A DNA stretch of 64,000 bases from positions 288,001 through 352,000 of the forward strand of contig CAWJIM010000021.1 of NCBI GenBank assembly GCA_963842945.1. The letters run 5' to 3'. Numbering within the stretch: the first letter of the stretch is position 1; the number at the start of each line of letters is the position of its first letter. Positions 1 through 8,818 of the stretch are shown in pieces. Position numbers and translations under genes: made by a program. Under the pieces are notes generated by a model. That model did no database searches. It worked only from the letters and a program-made list of their open reading frames with translations, and was not told the origin of the DNA. The stretch comes from an uncultured Gemmatimonadales bacterium (GTDB lineage Bacteria > Gemmatimonadota > Gemmatimonadetes > Gemmatimonadales > GWC2-71-9).

Positions 1-1076
1 GGAAACCCTACGCCTGGAGCTCAAGGGCCTACGAGATCGGAGCCCGACCCCGGCTCAGCTGGATGCCATTGCCGCGCGAGGAGAGCTATGGAGCTCCAGG
101 CTGGTGGCCGGCGCGCTGGGTGGCTGCCGGCATCAATGTCACCTGGATCGACATCCGACCGATCATGGTGACTGACGCACGGTTCACCCGGGCCACTCCC
201 TACATGCAGGTCATCAACACCCGGGCTCGGGAGTGTCTGCGGCCGCTGTGCCAGGCAGGACAGGTTCCGGTCACCCAGGGGTTCATCGGCGCCACCGCTA
301 CCGGCGCCACCACCACCCTGGGCCGGGGAGGATCCGACTTTACCGCCGCGCTGCTCGGGGCGGCGCTCGAGGCCAGCCGGGTCGAGATCTGGACCGATGT
401 GGATGGCCTCATGACGGCCGATCCGCGCATCGTGTCCGGTGCTCGCACGCTCAAGGCGGCGAGCTACGAGGAGGCTGCCGAGCTCGCCACTTTCGGGGCC
501 AAAATCCTCCACCCGGCAACGGCGCTGCCACTCGTGCGGTTGGGCATACCGATCGTGATTCTCAACTCCCGGCACCCGGACCGCACCGGAACCACGATCG
601 AACCGGAAGCCGTGATAGAGCAGGTGGGAGACTCGCCCATTCGCTCGATCTCCTGGAAGCAGGGGATCACCGTGATCAACATCCGCGCGCCCCGAATGCT
701 GGGCGCCTTCGGCTTTCTTCGGGCGCTGTTCGAGATCTTCGAGCGACACGAGACGGTGGTGGACGTACTGGCGAGTGGCGAGATCAGCATCTCCATCACC
801 ATCGAGGACCGCTCCCGGCTCACCCCGCTGCTGCGCGATCTGGAGGAGCTGGGCGAAGTATGGGTCGAGGAGCGGCGGGCGATTATTGCGGTGGTGGGAA
901 TCGGTCTGCGCAACACCCCAGGCCTGGCGGCGCGGGTCTTCAACGCCGTCTGGCCGGCCAATGTCGAGGTGATTTCCCAGGGCTGCTCTTCGATCAACAT
1001 GACCTTCGTTGTGCGACAGGAAGACGGTCCTGACGTGGTGCGGAGGCTGCACCGTGAATTCTTCGGGAGCGACTGA
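1..1076 (+). CDS. lysC: Aspartate kinase, 5' end outside window; apparent extra G near 118-120
   Basis: TQGFIG, TTLGRGGSDFTAA, EIWTDVDG, YEEAAELATFGAKILHP motifs and two ACT domains. An upstream frame reads LDAIAARGELWSSRLVAGAL and joins the main frame across a G run. Confidence 0.95.
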   Translation, partial: KPYAWSSRAYEIGARPRLSWMPLPREESYGAPGWWPARWVAAGINVTWIDIRPIMVTDARFTRATPYMQVINTRARECLRPLCQAGQVPVTQGFIGATATGATTTLGRGGSDFTAALLGAALEASRVEIWTDVDGLMTADPRIVSGARTLKAASYEEAAELATFGAKILHPATALPLVRLGIPIVILNSRHPDRTGTTIEPEAVIEQVGDSPIRSISWKQGITVINIRAPRMLGAFGFLRALFEIFERHETVVDVLASGEISISITIEDRSRLTPLLRDLEELGEVWVEERRAIIAVVGIGLRNTPGLAARVFNAVWPANVEVISQGCSSINMTFVVRQEDGPDVVRRLHREFFGSD

Positions 1077-1087
1077 CGCAGGCTACC

Positions 1088-1783
1088 ATGCGGATTGCCA
1101 TCATCGGCAACGGGAGGATGGGCAAGGCGGTCGCGGCGCTCGCCCGGGAACGAGGGCACATCATCCATGCCGTGATTCAGCGCGCCGAGAATGTCGATGG
1201 CCAAGCCCTGACCGAAGAGCGGCTGAAGGGCGTGGACGTGGCGGTGGAGTTCACTCGGCCCGACTCCGTACTCAGAAACCTGGAGCGGCTGAGCGAGCTC
1301 GGCATCCCAACCGTGACGGGAACGACGGGGTGGGGAGACGAGCTCGCGCAGGTGAGTCAATGGTTCCAGCAGCGGCGGGGCGCCTTGCTCCACGCGGCAA
1401 ACTTCGCCGTGGGAGTCCACCTCTTTCTCCGCGCTGCCCGGGAGCTGGCCCGAGGATTTCGCGCCTTGCCGGAGTTCAGCGCCTCGATCGAGGAAGAACA
1501 TCATCAGTCCAAACTGGACGCCCCTTCAGGCACGGCGCTCCTGTTGCAGCGCCAGCTCCGGGCTGAAGATCACGGCCGCAACATTCCGATCTCCTCGATC
1601 CGCCAGGGTAATGCCGTCGGCACGCACACGCTGACCTACCAGAGCGCGCACGAGACCGTCACCTTGCGTCACGCCGCCCAAAGCCGGGAGGTGTTCGCGG
1701 CGGGTGCCTTATCAGCGGCTGAATGGTTGCCTGGCCACGAGGGCGTCTTCACCTTCGAGCAGATGTTGTTCGGACCTGCATGA
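1088..1783 (+). CDS. dapB: 4-hydroxy-tetrahydrodipicolinate reductase
   Basis: GxGRMG, VEFTRP, VTGTTG, ANFAVG, HHxxKLDAPSGTA motifs; DAP operon context. Confidence 0.95.
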   Translation: MRIAIIGNGRMGKAVAALARERGHIIHAVIQRAENVDGQALTEERLKGVDVAVEFTRPDSVLRNLERLSELGIPTVTGTTGWGDELAQVSQWFQQRRGALLHAANFAVGVHLFLRAARELARGFRALPEFSASIEEEHHQSKLDAPSGTALLLQRQLRAEDHGRNIPISSIRQGNAVGTHTLTYQSAHETVTLRHAAQSREVFAAGALSAAEWLPGHEGVFTFEQMLFGPA

Positions 1784-2664
1784 CACGCCTGCAAGGGTGT
1801 GGGACGGCGCTGGTCACTCCGTTTACCGATTCGGGATCGGTAGATTTTCCGGCGCTGCGGGCCTTGGTCGATTGGCAGATTGCCGAGGGCGTCGATTTCC
1901 TGGTGCCCTGCGGATCCACCGGTGAAGCGCAGACCCTGAACGATTCCGAGCGTGAGCGTGTCGTAGCCGCCGTGGTGGAGCTCGCCAACGGCAGAGTGCC
2001 GGTCATGGCAGGTGCTACCAGCAACGACACGGCCAAGGCGGTCGACGAAGCTCAGCGCATGTGCCGGCTCGGCGCCGATTACGTGCTCAGCGCCACTCCC
2101 TACTACAACAAGCCCGGCCAGGAAGGTCTGTTCCGGCATTTCAGCGCCGTCGCCGATGCCGCCACCAAGCCGGTCTGCCTGTATAACGTCCCAGGGCGCA
2201 CCGCGGTCAATCTCCGGCCCGACCTGGCGCTCCGCCTGGCCGAGCACCCGAACATTATGGGTATCAAGGAAGCCAGCGGCGATCTGAGCCAGATCATGAC
2301 TCTCCTTCAATCGAGACCGGATGACTTCGCGGTGCTCTCGGGAGACGACTGGCTGACCTTACCGGTGCTGGGCGCCGGCGGCGATGGCCTGATATCGGTT
2401 GTCTCCAACGAAATTCCAGCGGCCATGACCGCCCTGGTGCACCTGCTTCTCTCGGACAACATCCATAACGCCCGCTCGCTCCACTACCGCTTACTCCCCC
2501 TGATGAACGCCAATTTTTTGGAGACCAACCCCGCTCCGGTCAAGGCTGCGCTCCACTGCATGGGCCGGATCCAGAACGTGCTCCGGCTTCCGCTGCTGCC
2601 GGCCAGCCAGGCAACAGTTCTGGCCCTCCGCCAAGCGCTGCAGGGGGCCGGGGTAGCTCTGTGA
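1780..2664 (+). CDS. dapA: 4-hydroxy-tetrahydrodipicolinate synthase
   Basis: TALVTPF, GSTGE, PYYNKP, YNVPGRT, GIKEASG; ATGA overlap with the dapB stop. Confidence 0.96.
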   Translation: MTRLQGCGTALVTPFTDSGSVDFPALRALVDWQIAEGVDFLVPCGSTGEAQTLNDSERERVVAAVVELANGRVPVMAGATSNDTAKAVDEAQRMCRLGADYVLSATPYYNKPGQEGLFRHFSAVADAATKPVCLYNVPGRTAVNLRPDLALRLAEHPNIMGIKEASGDLSQIMTLLQSRPDDFAVLSGDDWLTLPVLGAGGDGLISVVSNEIPAAMTALVHLLLSDNIHNARSLHYRLLPLMNANFLETNPAPVKAALHCMGRIQNVLRLPLLPASQATVLALRQALQGAGVAL

Positions 2665-3518
2665 AAGACAGCGGGCGGTCTCGGGAGGAGCTGAGAGCCG
2701 AGATCGAGCGTTATGCCACTGGGGTGCCTCAAGGAGACGAAGCCAAGGCGCTGCGAGCCTTTGAGGCGCTCAAGCAACTGCTCAACAGCGGCACGGTACG
2801 AGCCGCCGAGCGTGCCGCGGATGGAAGCTGGCGAGTAAACCCCTGGGTCAAGAGCGGCATTCTCCTCGGCTTCAGGCTCGGACGGGTAGCTGAGGTGCTC
2901 ACCTCCGGCCCCTTTCCGTTCTTCGATAAGGACACGTACCCTTTGCGCACCGTCAGCCCGGCAGACGGCATCCGCATTGTCCCTGGAGGCTCGGCCATTC
3001 GGGATGGGTGCTACGTGGCTCCCGGAGTGGTGTGCATGCCGCCGATGTACATCAACGTGGGCGCCTATGTCGGCGAGGGGACAATGGTCGACTCACACGC
3101 CCTGGTCGGCTCCTGTGCCCAGATCGGGCGACGGGTCCATCTGTCCGCGGGGGCACAGATCGGGGGAGTGCTGGAGCCGGCAGGTGCCCTTCCAGTGATC
3201 ATCGAAGACGAGGTGCTGGTTGGGGGCAACTCCGGGGTATATGAAGGGACCATCGTGCGGGAACGCGCGGTGCTGGCTCCGGGCACCATTTTGAGTGCCG
3301 GCACCAGCGTCTTCGACCTGGTGCGCGATCGGGTCTACCGCCGTGAGGGAGATCGTCCGCTCGAGATTCCCGCCGGCGCGGTAGTTGTGCCGGGGACCCG
3401 CCCGGTCCGGTCCGGTCCCGGCGCCAAAGCCGGTGTTGCGTTGTACACGCCGGTCATCGTGAAATACCGGGATGAGAAAACCGATACCGCGACAAAGCTG
3501 GAAGAGCTGCTGCGATGA
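2661..3518 (+). CDS. dapD: Tetrahydrodipicolinate N-succinyltransferase
   Basis: [37 protein letters not shown] hexapeptide region; GTGA overlap. Confidence 0.95.
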   Translation: MKDSGRSREELRAEIERYATGVPQGDEAKALRAFEALKQLLNSGTVRAAERAADGSWRVNPWVKSGILLGFRLGRVAEVLTSGPFPFFDKDTYPLRTVSPADGIRIVPGGSAIRDGCYVAPGVVCMPPMYINVGAYVGEGTMVDSHALVGSCAQIGRRVHLSAGAQIGGVLEPAGALPVIIEDEVLVGGNSGVYEGTIVRERAVLAPGTILSAGTSVFDLVRDRVYRREGDRPLEIPAGAVVVPGTRPVRSGPGAKAGVALYTPVIVKYRDEKTDTATKLEELLR

Positions 3519-3940
3519 CCAGCCATACGCACTATCTCTGGTTCGAGACCAGGAAGCGTCAGGAGATCATCGACATCACGGACCAGGTCGCGGAGCAGGT
3601 GCAGGCCAGCGGGGTGCGTGAGGGATTCGTGCTGGTCTCGGCCATGCACATCAGTGCATCCGTGTTCGTCAACGATCATGAGTCAGGGCTGTGGCAGGAT
3701 ATCCTGGCCTGGCTGGAGAACACCATAGCGCCGTGGGACCCCGGCCGATATCAGCACAACGAGACCGGAGAGGACAACGCCGCGGCTCACCTGAGGAGCC
3801 TGACCGTGGGTCACGAGGTGATTGTCCCCATCACTGCCGGTAAGCTGGATTTCGGCCCCTGGCAGCGGGTCTTCTACGGTGAGTGGGACGGCCAGCGCCG
3901 CAAGCGGGTGGTGATCAAGGTCCTCGGCGACAAGAGCTAG
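3515..3940 (+). CDS. yjbQ: YjbQ / UPF0047 family protein
   Basis: [44 protein letters not shown]. Confidence 0.9.
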   Translation: MTSHTHYLWFETRKRQEIIDITDQVAEQVQASGVREGFVLVSAMHISASVFVNDHESGLWQDILAWLENTIAPWDPGRYQHNETGEDNAAAHLRSLTVGHEVIVPITAGKLDFGPWQRVFYGEWDGQRRKRVVIKVLGDKS

Positions 3941-3949
3941 AAATGACAA

Positions 3950-3977
3950 GGCCAGGGCGCTCACCGACGCCCTGGCC
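3950..3977. terminator. Intrinsic terminator-like hairpin between convergent genes
   Basis: GGCCAGGGCG / CGCCCTGGCC perfect 10-bp stem; T-rich tail on the minus strand. Confidence 0.7.
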
Positions 3978-3998
3978 CTGCCGCTAGCGACTTCTATT

Positions 3999-6059
3999 TT
4001 AGTGGCCGAAGATTCGGCGAATTACCGGCCCACCCCTCGGCGCGCTAACGAAGCGGAAGAGCGCTTCGTGAGTGCTGCCATCAGCCAGCGTCAGCACAAA
4101 CACGCGGCAAGTGCCCGCCCAGCTCGGATTGGTCTTCCATACATAGTTGTAGCTGTACCCGAGCGACCGGAGGCCAGGGAGTACGGCCAGGCCGGGACGC
4201 ACGACATTCTCCGGGGCACCCGCCGGACACGCCACCTCAGTAGAGGTCGGCGTCTGCAGCAGGACGCTCCTACCCCGGTATCCACCCACCGTGAACTTCA
4301 CGGGGATGGCGCTTCCGGCCTGAACCGCGTTCACGTACGGCATGTTCCTCAGTGGCGCAAAGAACCCGGCGAACCTCATGGCGCCCGAGACGGTGATCGA
4401 AACCGCCTTGGACGCCGCACTATAATTGCCACTGGCCGGCGTAAACTGCACCGACAGAGAGTAGGTTCCGGCGGCGAACGAGGTCCCGGCCGCGGGAGTA
4501 TAGCTGAAGCTGCCGGTCAGAGGCGCGCCGCCCACACCGGTGGCCGTCGCATTGAGCTGCGAAGGACCGAGCGGAGTGCCCGACCCCAGCGAGCCAGGCG
4601 TCCAGTGCAGATCAGGAGCGGCCTGACGGATGGTCAGAGTTCCACTCGCCGCCGGGGCCTGGTAATTCGGGTTATTCAGCGTCGCGCTCACCACGTAGAC
4701 GCCAGCGTTGATCGGCTGGGCCACCGGGGAGCCGTTCAGGGTATAGCTGACAGTCACGCCACTCAGCCCCGAGGGGTTGGTGGTGATGGCGGCACTCTTC
4801 ACCGTTCCGTCATAGGTGAACTCGGTACCGACCGCGATGCTGGCCGGCGCCTTGGTAATCGCAAAGGTCCGCGAAACATCGGCAGCGGGGGCATAGGCAT
4901 CGTTACCCGCCTGGTGGGCGGTGATGGTGCACGAGCCCGCGGCATTGATCGACACACTGGAACCGACTACGGCACAGTTGCCGGTCGCCGTGAAGTTCAC
5001 CGGCAGGCCGGAGCTGGTCGAGGCACTCACTGCAAACGCCAGGTCACCAAAGACCTTGTCGCCCAGCGGGTCGAAGGTGATCGTCTGGGGCACGGCAACC
5101 ACGGCACCCGACGCCGCAGCCCAGCGGACCGCGTTCAGATACAGGTGCTGCACATTGGGATCCTGCAGCGTCAGCAGGTCGTGCAGGTTACCGAGATCAT
5201 CCCACGGATAGTTCGGGGCAAAGCTGAAGTTGACCACACGGCCGGACCCCAGCTCACGCACCAGCACGGCGGGGCCGCCGGTAGAGACCTGCATCAGCAC
5301 GGTCGCAAAATCCTTGGCCGGACCTGCGTCGTGACCGTCCGCCGGCACGGAGAACGACGCCGGTAATCCGGCCAACACCGGGTGGCCCTGACCGGCGGTT
5401 ACGCGCTCATAAGTCACAGTACAACCGCTGCAGTTATGCTCCGGGCCGCCGGGATCGAAACCGGTGCCGAGCAGGACGAGCTCGGTAAGACCGGCTTGCG
5501 GCTCGTAACTGTCCCACTGGGAGCCGACAAAGCCGCCACCATTCTGGACGAAGTTGGTGAGGGCCTGCTGGGCCTCGGCCGACAGCGGGAAGTCGTAGGT
5601 CGCACCATTCAGGTGAATGACGACGTCGAAGCCATTCAGGCTTGGGTTCGTTCCGTCCCAGGTGTACTCCGGGGCCGGACGAAGGGTGACCTGAACGCCG
5701 GAATCCGCCAGGCTCGCGGCCAGGGCACTGGTCGCGACCGCGTCGGTGTCGGCGAGGATGAGTACGCTCGGTCCCTCACCGGCGGCCTGACCGACACCAA
5801 AGCTCGGGCTCGCCTTCAGCGAGACGAGAGCCTTGGCCGGACCGGAGCTGGCCACCGCCATCGAGGACGGAGCAAGCTTGGCCCTGGGGTGGGGACCACT
5901 GGTCGCCACCAGGGGCTGCGTCTTTATGGAAGTCGTGGGTTCGGTAGGCTGGTCGCTACTGCACGCCAGCTGTCCCGCCAGAATGATTGCGATGAATGGC
6001 AGGAGGAGCCGAGCCCGTCGGCGGTGCGGGTGCAAGGTCAAGAACAGTGGGCCGGTCAT
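3999..6059 (-). CDS. Exported lipoprotein: class-I-amidotransferase/ThuA-like domain, MBG/Ig-like repeats, C-terminal PxKF domain
   Basis: Lipobox-like LAC; FVQNGGGFVG and ELGSGRVV motifs; QTITF...CTITAHQAG..Y..A and YDG...NAGVY..NPNY repeats; FAGFFAPL..GSAIPVKF..YNYVWKT. Confidence 0.7.
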   Translation of the reverse strand: MTGPLFLTLHPHRRRARLLLPFIAIILAGQLACSSDQPTEPTTSIKTQPLVATSGPHPRAKLAPSSMAVASSGPAKALVSLKASPSFGVGQAAGEGPSVLILADTDAVATSALAASLADSGVQVTLRPAPEYTWDGTNPSLNGFDVVIHLNGATYDFPLSAEAQQALTNFVQNGGGFVGSQWDSYEPQAGLTELVLLGTGFDPGGPEHNCSGCTVTYERVTAGQGHPVLAGLPASFSVPADGHDAGPAKDFATVLMQVSTGGPAVLVRELGSGRVVNFSFAPNYPWDDLGNLHDLLTLQDPNVQHLYLNAVRWAAASGAVVAVPQTITFDPLGDKVFGDLAFAVSASTSSGLPVNFTATGNCAVVGSSVSINAAGSCTITAHQAGNDAYAPAADVSRTFAITKAPASIAVGTEFTYDGTVKSAAITTNPSGLSGVTVSYTLNGSPVAQPINAGVYVVSATLNNPNYQAPAASGTLTIRQAAPDLHWTPGSLGSGTPLGPSQLNATATGVGGAPLTGSFSYTPAAGTSFAAGTYSLSVQFTPASGNYSAASKAVSITVSGAMRFAGFFAPLRNMPYVNAVQAGSAIPVKFTVGGYRGRSVLLQTPTSTEVACPAGAPENVVRPGLAVLPGLRSLGYSYNYVWKTNPSWAGTCRVFVLTLADGSTHEALFRFVSAPRGGPVIRRIFGH

Positions 6060-6217
6060 ATTTCCTCCAGTGCCGCGAAGGTGGAACTACGGTTAAAAGC
6101 CCTCATCGTTGAGCGTGAACTAGATCAGACTCCGGGGACCTGTACGAACTTGTTGTGTGATCTGACTACCCCTGGTCCTGGTACTAACCTGTTGTCTGTC
6201 CCAACTCACCCCTGCCT

Positions 6218-8125
6218 TTACCGGCCTTTCTTCTCCTTCCTGGCCGGTACTACAGCCTTCGACTTGGGTGCCACTTCCGGAGGCTCGAGCACGAACGTAG
6301 CCCGCGCCTCGGTTCCCCTCACTGCCGCCACCAGCGTGCGTCTGCCCTCTTTGCTCGCCGGCGTCCACCGGGTGTGAGCTCGCCCGTGGGCATCGGTCAT
6401 CACTCGAGCCGGACTGACGCTCCCGAACTTCGTGGTGAACACCACCGGTTGATCGGCGGCCGGGTTGCCGTACGCGTCAGTCAGATCCACATCGAGTGAC
6501 TGCACCGCCCTGGTTGCCGTTCCCGGCTTGGGAGTCACGAAGGCCAGGTTAGCGGGACTCGCCGCCCGGGCTCGTGCCGTGATCTCCAGTGGTCGATCGA
6601 TCCCCTCCACTCTCACCTTCAGGTGCTGGGCCCCGATGGAGTGCCCCAGCGTCCAGGGAAGCTTTGCCCGGCCAGTCGCATCGGTGGTGATCACGCTGTC
6701 GCTCACCGAGCCGGCCTGCGGCTCCAGCGTGAGCGGCACGCCGGGAACCTCGTTCCCCGCCAGGTCCACCACCTTGATCTCAACCGCGGGCCGGAGGGGC
6801 TGTCCCACCGTGCCCTCGTACTTGGCGGTACCCACGGCCGCAGCCTTGGCCGGCGCTCCGGCCACCGCATTCGCCGCGACCACAAAGCGAGGCACGGTCC
6901 TGGCGCTTCCTACCTGGACGTAGGCTCGCTGCTCTCCGCTCCGGGCTCCGAGTGTCCAGCGGGCCCGCGTCTCGCCCAGAGAGTCGGTTCGCGATTCGGC
7001 CGCCACGATGCTGCCATCGTCCGCCGCCGACCACGCCACCGGCACATCCGCCAGAGCGACTCCGCTGGTGTCCGTCACTCGTACCGTCACCGGCTCGGGC
7101 AGCGCGGAGCTCACCGGTCCCCGAAGCTCTTCGGTCACCACGGTGAGCCTGGTATTGGCCGCTACCGGCTCCGCCTCCGCCGTCACCACGGTCGGTGTCG
7201 CCACTCCATCGGCCATTACCGAGAGGGTCTGACGCCCAGGCGATCCGCCGAGAATCCAGCTGGCCCGAGCCACGCCCTGTGCATCCGACGAGTCGGCCTG
7301 GGGCTCGGCTCGTCCTTCGTTCTCCTGCAGGACAAACCGCACCGGGATCCCCGGAACCGGCCGTCCACTGCGGGAGACCACCTGCACCGACACCGGCTGC
7401 GGCACTCGGCGTCCGGCCGGTGCCCGCTGTCCGTCTCCTGAGAGCAGCGTCAGCGACGAGGGCACGGGGTACACTTCCACCGGCAGCTGCGTCGCCATCG
7501 CGTTATTGCTGACGGTGAACACCGTCTTTCCCGGTGCCACTCCCACCGCGTTCCCCACGCTGTCGACGCTGGCCACCGAAGGGTCGGCAGAACGCCACCG
7601 CACGATCGCCCCCTGGATCTCGTTGCCTCTGGCATCGACCAGCTTTGCCGCCACGATGCCCTGATCACCTTCGGGCATGCCGAGGATCGTGTCCCCAGTG
7701 ACGGTCAAGGCTGCCGGTTGCTGCTGCACATACACGTGGGCCCGTACCGTCTTGTTGCCCACCGTGACCATGATGACGGTCGCTCCACCACCCTGAGCGA
7801 TTACCGTTCCCGCGCTATCGACCGATGCCACGGTCGTGTCGCTGCTATTCCACAGCGTGGGGGCTCCTGGTAAGGCGTTCCCCCGCGTGTCCGTTGCCGT
7901 CACCGCCAGTTGAATCGTGTCACCGATCGAGGTCGCCGTGTCCGCCGTGGGCGTGACTCCGACCCATCTCACGGTGGTGACACCCAGCGAGTCCGCCTCG
8001 AACTTGGACTTGAGCGAGTGGGTGTACGAGAGAATCGACACCAGACCCGCTCCCGCCGAGATCACACCTGCGCCCCAGCGCCACGCATTGCTGATCAAGC
8101 CCTGAGGTGGCAGGACTCTGGGCAT
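6218..8125 (-). CDS. Membrane-anchored protein with multiple bacterial Ig-like (Big_2/Big_1, invasin-like) domains
   Basis: N-terminal hydrophobic segment; W.SSD..VASVD..G repeats; repeated V.V.D..G...GV.V.W...TD..G.A...WTLG units. Confidence 0.75.
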   Translation of the reverse strand: MPRVLPPQGLISNAWRWGAGVISAGAGLVSILSYTHSLKSKFEADSLGVTTVRWVGVTPTADTATSIGDTIQLAVTATDTRGNALPGAPTLWNSSDTTVASVDSAGTVIAQGGGATVIMVTVGNKTVRAHVYVQQQPAALTVTGDTILGMPEGDQGIVAAKLVDARGNEIQGAIVRWRSADPSVASVDSVGNAVGVAPGKTVFTVSNNAMATQLPVEVYPVPSSLTLLSGDGQRAPAGRRVPQPVSVQVVSRSGRPVPGIPVRFVLQENEGRAEPQADSSDAQGVARASWILGGSPGRQTLSVMADGVATPTVVTAEAEPVAANTRLTVVTEELRGPVSSALPEPVTVRVTDTSGVALADVPVAWSAADDGSIVAAESRTDSLGETRARWTLGARSGEQRAYVQVGSARTVPRFVVAANAVAGAPAKAAAVGTAKYEGTVGQPLRPAVEIKVVDLAGNEVPGVPLTLEPQAGSVSDSVITTDATGRAKLPWTLGHSIGAQHLKVRVEGIDRPLEITARARAASPANLAFVTPKPGTATRAVQSLDVDLTDAYGNPAADQPVVFTTKFGSVSPARVMTDAHGRAHTRWTPASKEGRRTLVAAVRGTEARATFVLEPPEVAPKSKAVVPARKEKKGR

Positions 8126-8156
8126 TGCTGGCTTGGATGCAACCACCGGTGCTGGT

Positions 8157-8570
8157 TTACTCCATCCGGTCACAGAGCGGCACCCTTTCTTCACCCGCCA
8201 TTTCTCCGTCGCCGTCGGTCTTCGGGAGCTCCGCGCCATTCAGCGCGCCGACAAAGACGACGCAGCTCCGACCCGGCCGCGTTCGATGGGTTGCCTTGGC
8301 GCGCCACCCACCCGGGCCGGCGCCAAGAATCTCAACCTTCACATCCGCATCCGGATCCACCTGCAACGCCTCCAGGGTGCTCGCGAATCCCGGATGCGAC
8401 GCCCGATACTTGTCCTGGGCGGAGACCACCGTCCGCAGTGAGCTCTTGAGGATCGATGCCGGCGTCGCCTGCCACGCTGCGCCCACAGTCTGGGCTGGAG
8501 CGCCGCTAGGCGCCCCGAGTCCCAGTCCGAGAACCAGGGCGTGGGCTGCGAGTTGTCCCGCTCGAGACAT
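8157..8570 (-). CDS. Exported protein resembling a pilin globular domain
   Basis: AGGAGG SD; signal peptide; LKSSLRTVVSAQDKY...GW.AKATH...C...C pattern; no class III prepilin motif. Confidence 0.55.
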   Translation of the reverse strand: MSRAGQLAAHALVLGLGLGAPSGAPAQTVGAAWQATPASILKSSLRTVVSAQDKYRASHPGFASTLEALQVDPDADVKVEILGAGPGGWRAKATHRTRPGRSCVVFVGALNGAELPKTDGDGEMAGEERVPLCDRME

Positions 8571-8818
8571 CGCTCCTCCTGCATTCGGACCAGCGTACGA
8601 CGCTGACGAGGGTTCAGCCGCTCGTCTGTCCCTCACGTGCCGAAGGCTTTGGGGCACAGGTATTTTCGGCAAGAAGCCCTAAAGTCTCAATTCGTAAGAA
8701 AGTGACAGCGTATAGAATGCAGGCAGCGCTAAAACGGCAGGAACGACAAAACTGCAGAATCAGTTGTGCGGCACGAGGCTACGTCATGCAAGCGATCGCA
8801 GCGGCAGGCTGCAGCGGG

